A stretch of 56,629 bases of DNA from an uncultured virus (IMG/VR IMGVR_UViG_3300022072_000005). Lineage: Duplodnaviria; Heunggongvirae; Uroviricota; Caudoviricetes. The notes below the pieces were generated by a model. It was not told the origin of the DNA, did no database searches, and saw only the letters and a program-made list of their open reading frames with translations. The stretch is taken from the IMG/VR virus record IMGVR_UViG_3300022072_000005; one strand, 5' to 3'. Of this stretch, positions 56,561 through 56,629 are shown in pieces; the first letter of the stretch is position 1; each line of letters begins with the position of its first letter. Both the position numbers and the translations under genes were made by a program.

Positions 56561-56629
56561 TCCCCCATTTTTCTACCCCATACGGGAGGGGATAGTGAGG
56601 GAGGATACGGGGGCAGGGGTGCATAGGGA
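56561..56629 (+). other. Non-coding C-tract then G-tract segment (G-quadruplex-like)
   Basis: Six runs of 3 or more G with 1-7 nt loops at 56584-56628; runs to the window edge. Confidence 0.6.

Noticed and set aside
1..56629. Stop-codon reassignment, tRNA or rRNA genes
   Set aside because: Conserved genes are full length in the standard code and TAG/TGA end genes normally; no cloverleaf or rRNA-like stretch seen by eye

Overview
AT-rich segment of a large T4-like (jumbo) myophage read in the standard genetic code. It contains a head-assembly block on the minus strand (terminase, portal, prohead protease, acidic scaffold, gp23-type major capsid), baseplate/structural genes, a gp55-like sigma factor, a sugar-nucleotide/glycosyltransferase cluster (gmd, rfbB, rfbC, fucosyltransferase-like genes), phoH, thyA, clpC and thioredoxin. 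Repeated TTTG-N19/20-TAnnTTTG promoters and the absence of Shine-Dalgarno sites point to a Bacteroidota host. The best candidate for a new system is an operon (17343-22141) with an SF2 helicase followed by four paralogous proteins built from a ~52-aa helical repeat. The helicase ends with what looks like the first helix of that repeat, and each partner begins with the rest of it, which suggests interchangeable DNA-recognition subunits docking by split-domain complementation. Other notable items are a complete -1 frameshift cassette fusing an ABC ATPase to a GNAT, two poly-A frame switches, a gene bracketed by a 15-bp inverted repeat with a structured leader, a UVR-like motif inserted in ThyA next to ClpC, a stand-alone sigma region 4, several gene remnants and a G-quadruplex-like tract. 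All product calls come from motif recognition by eye; no searches were run.
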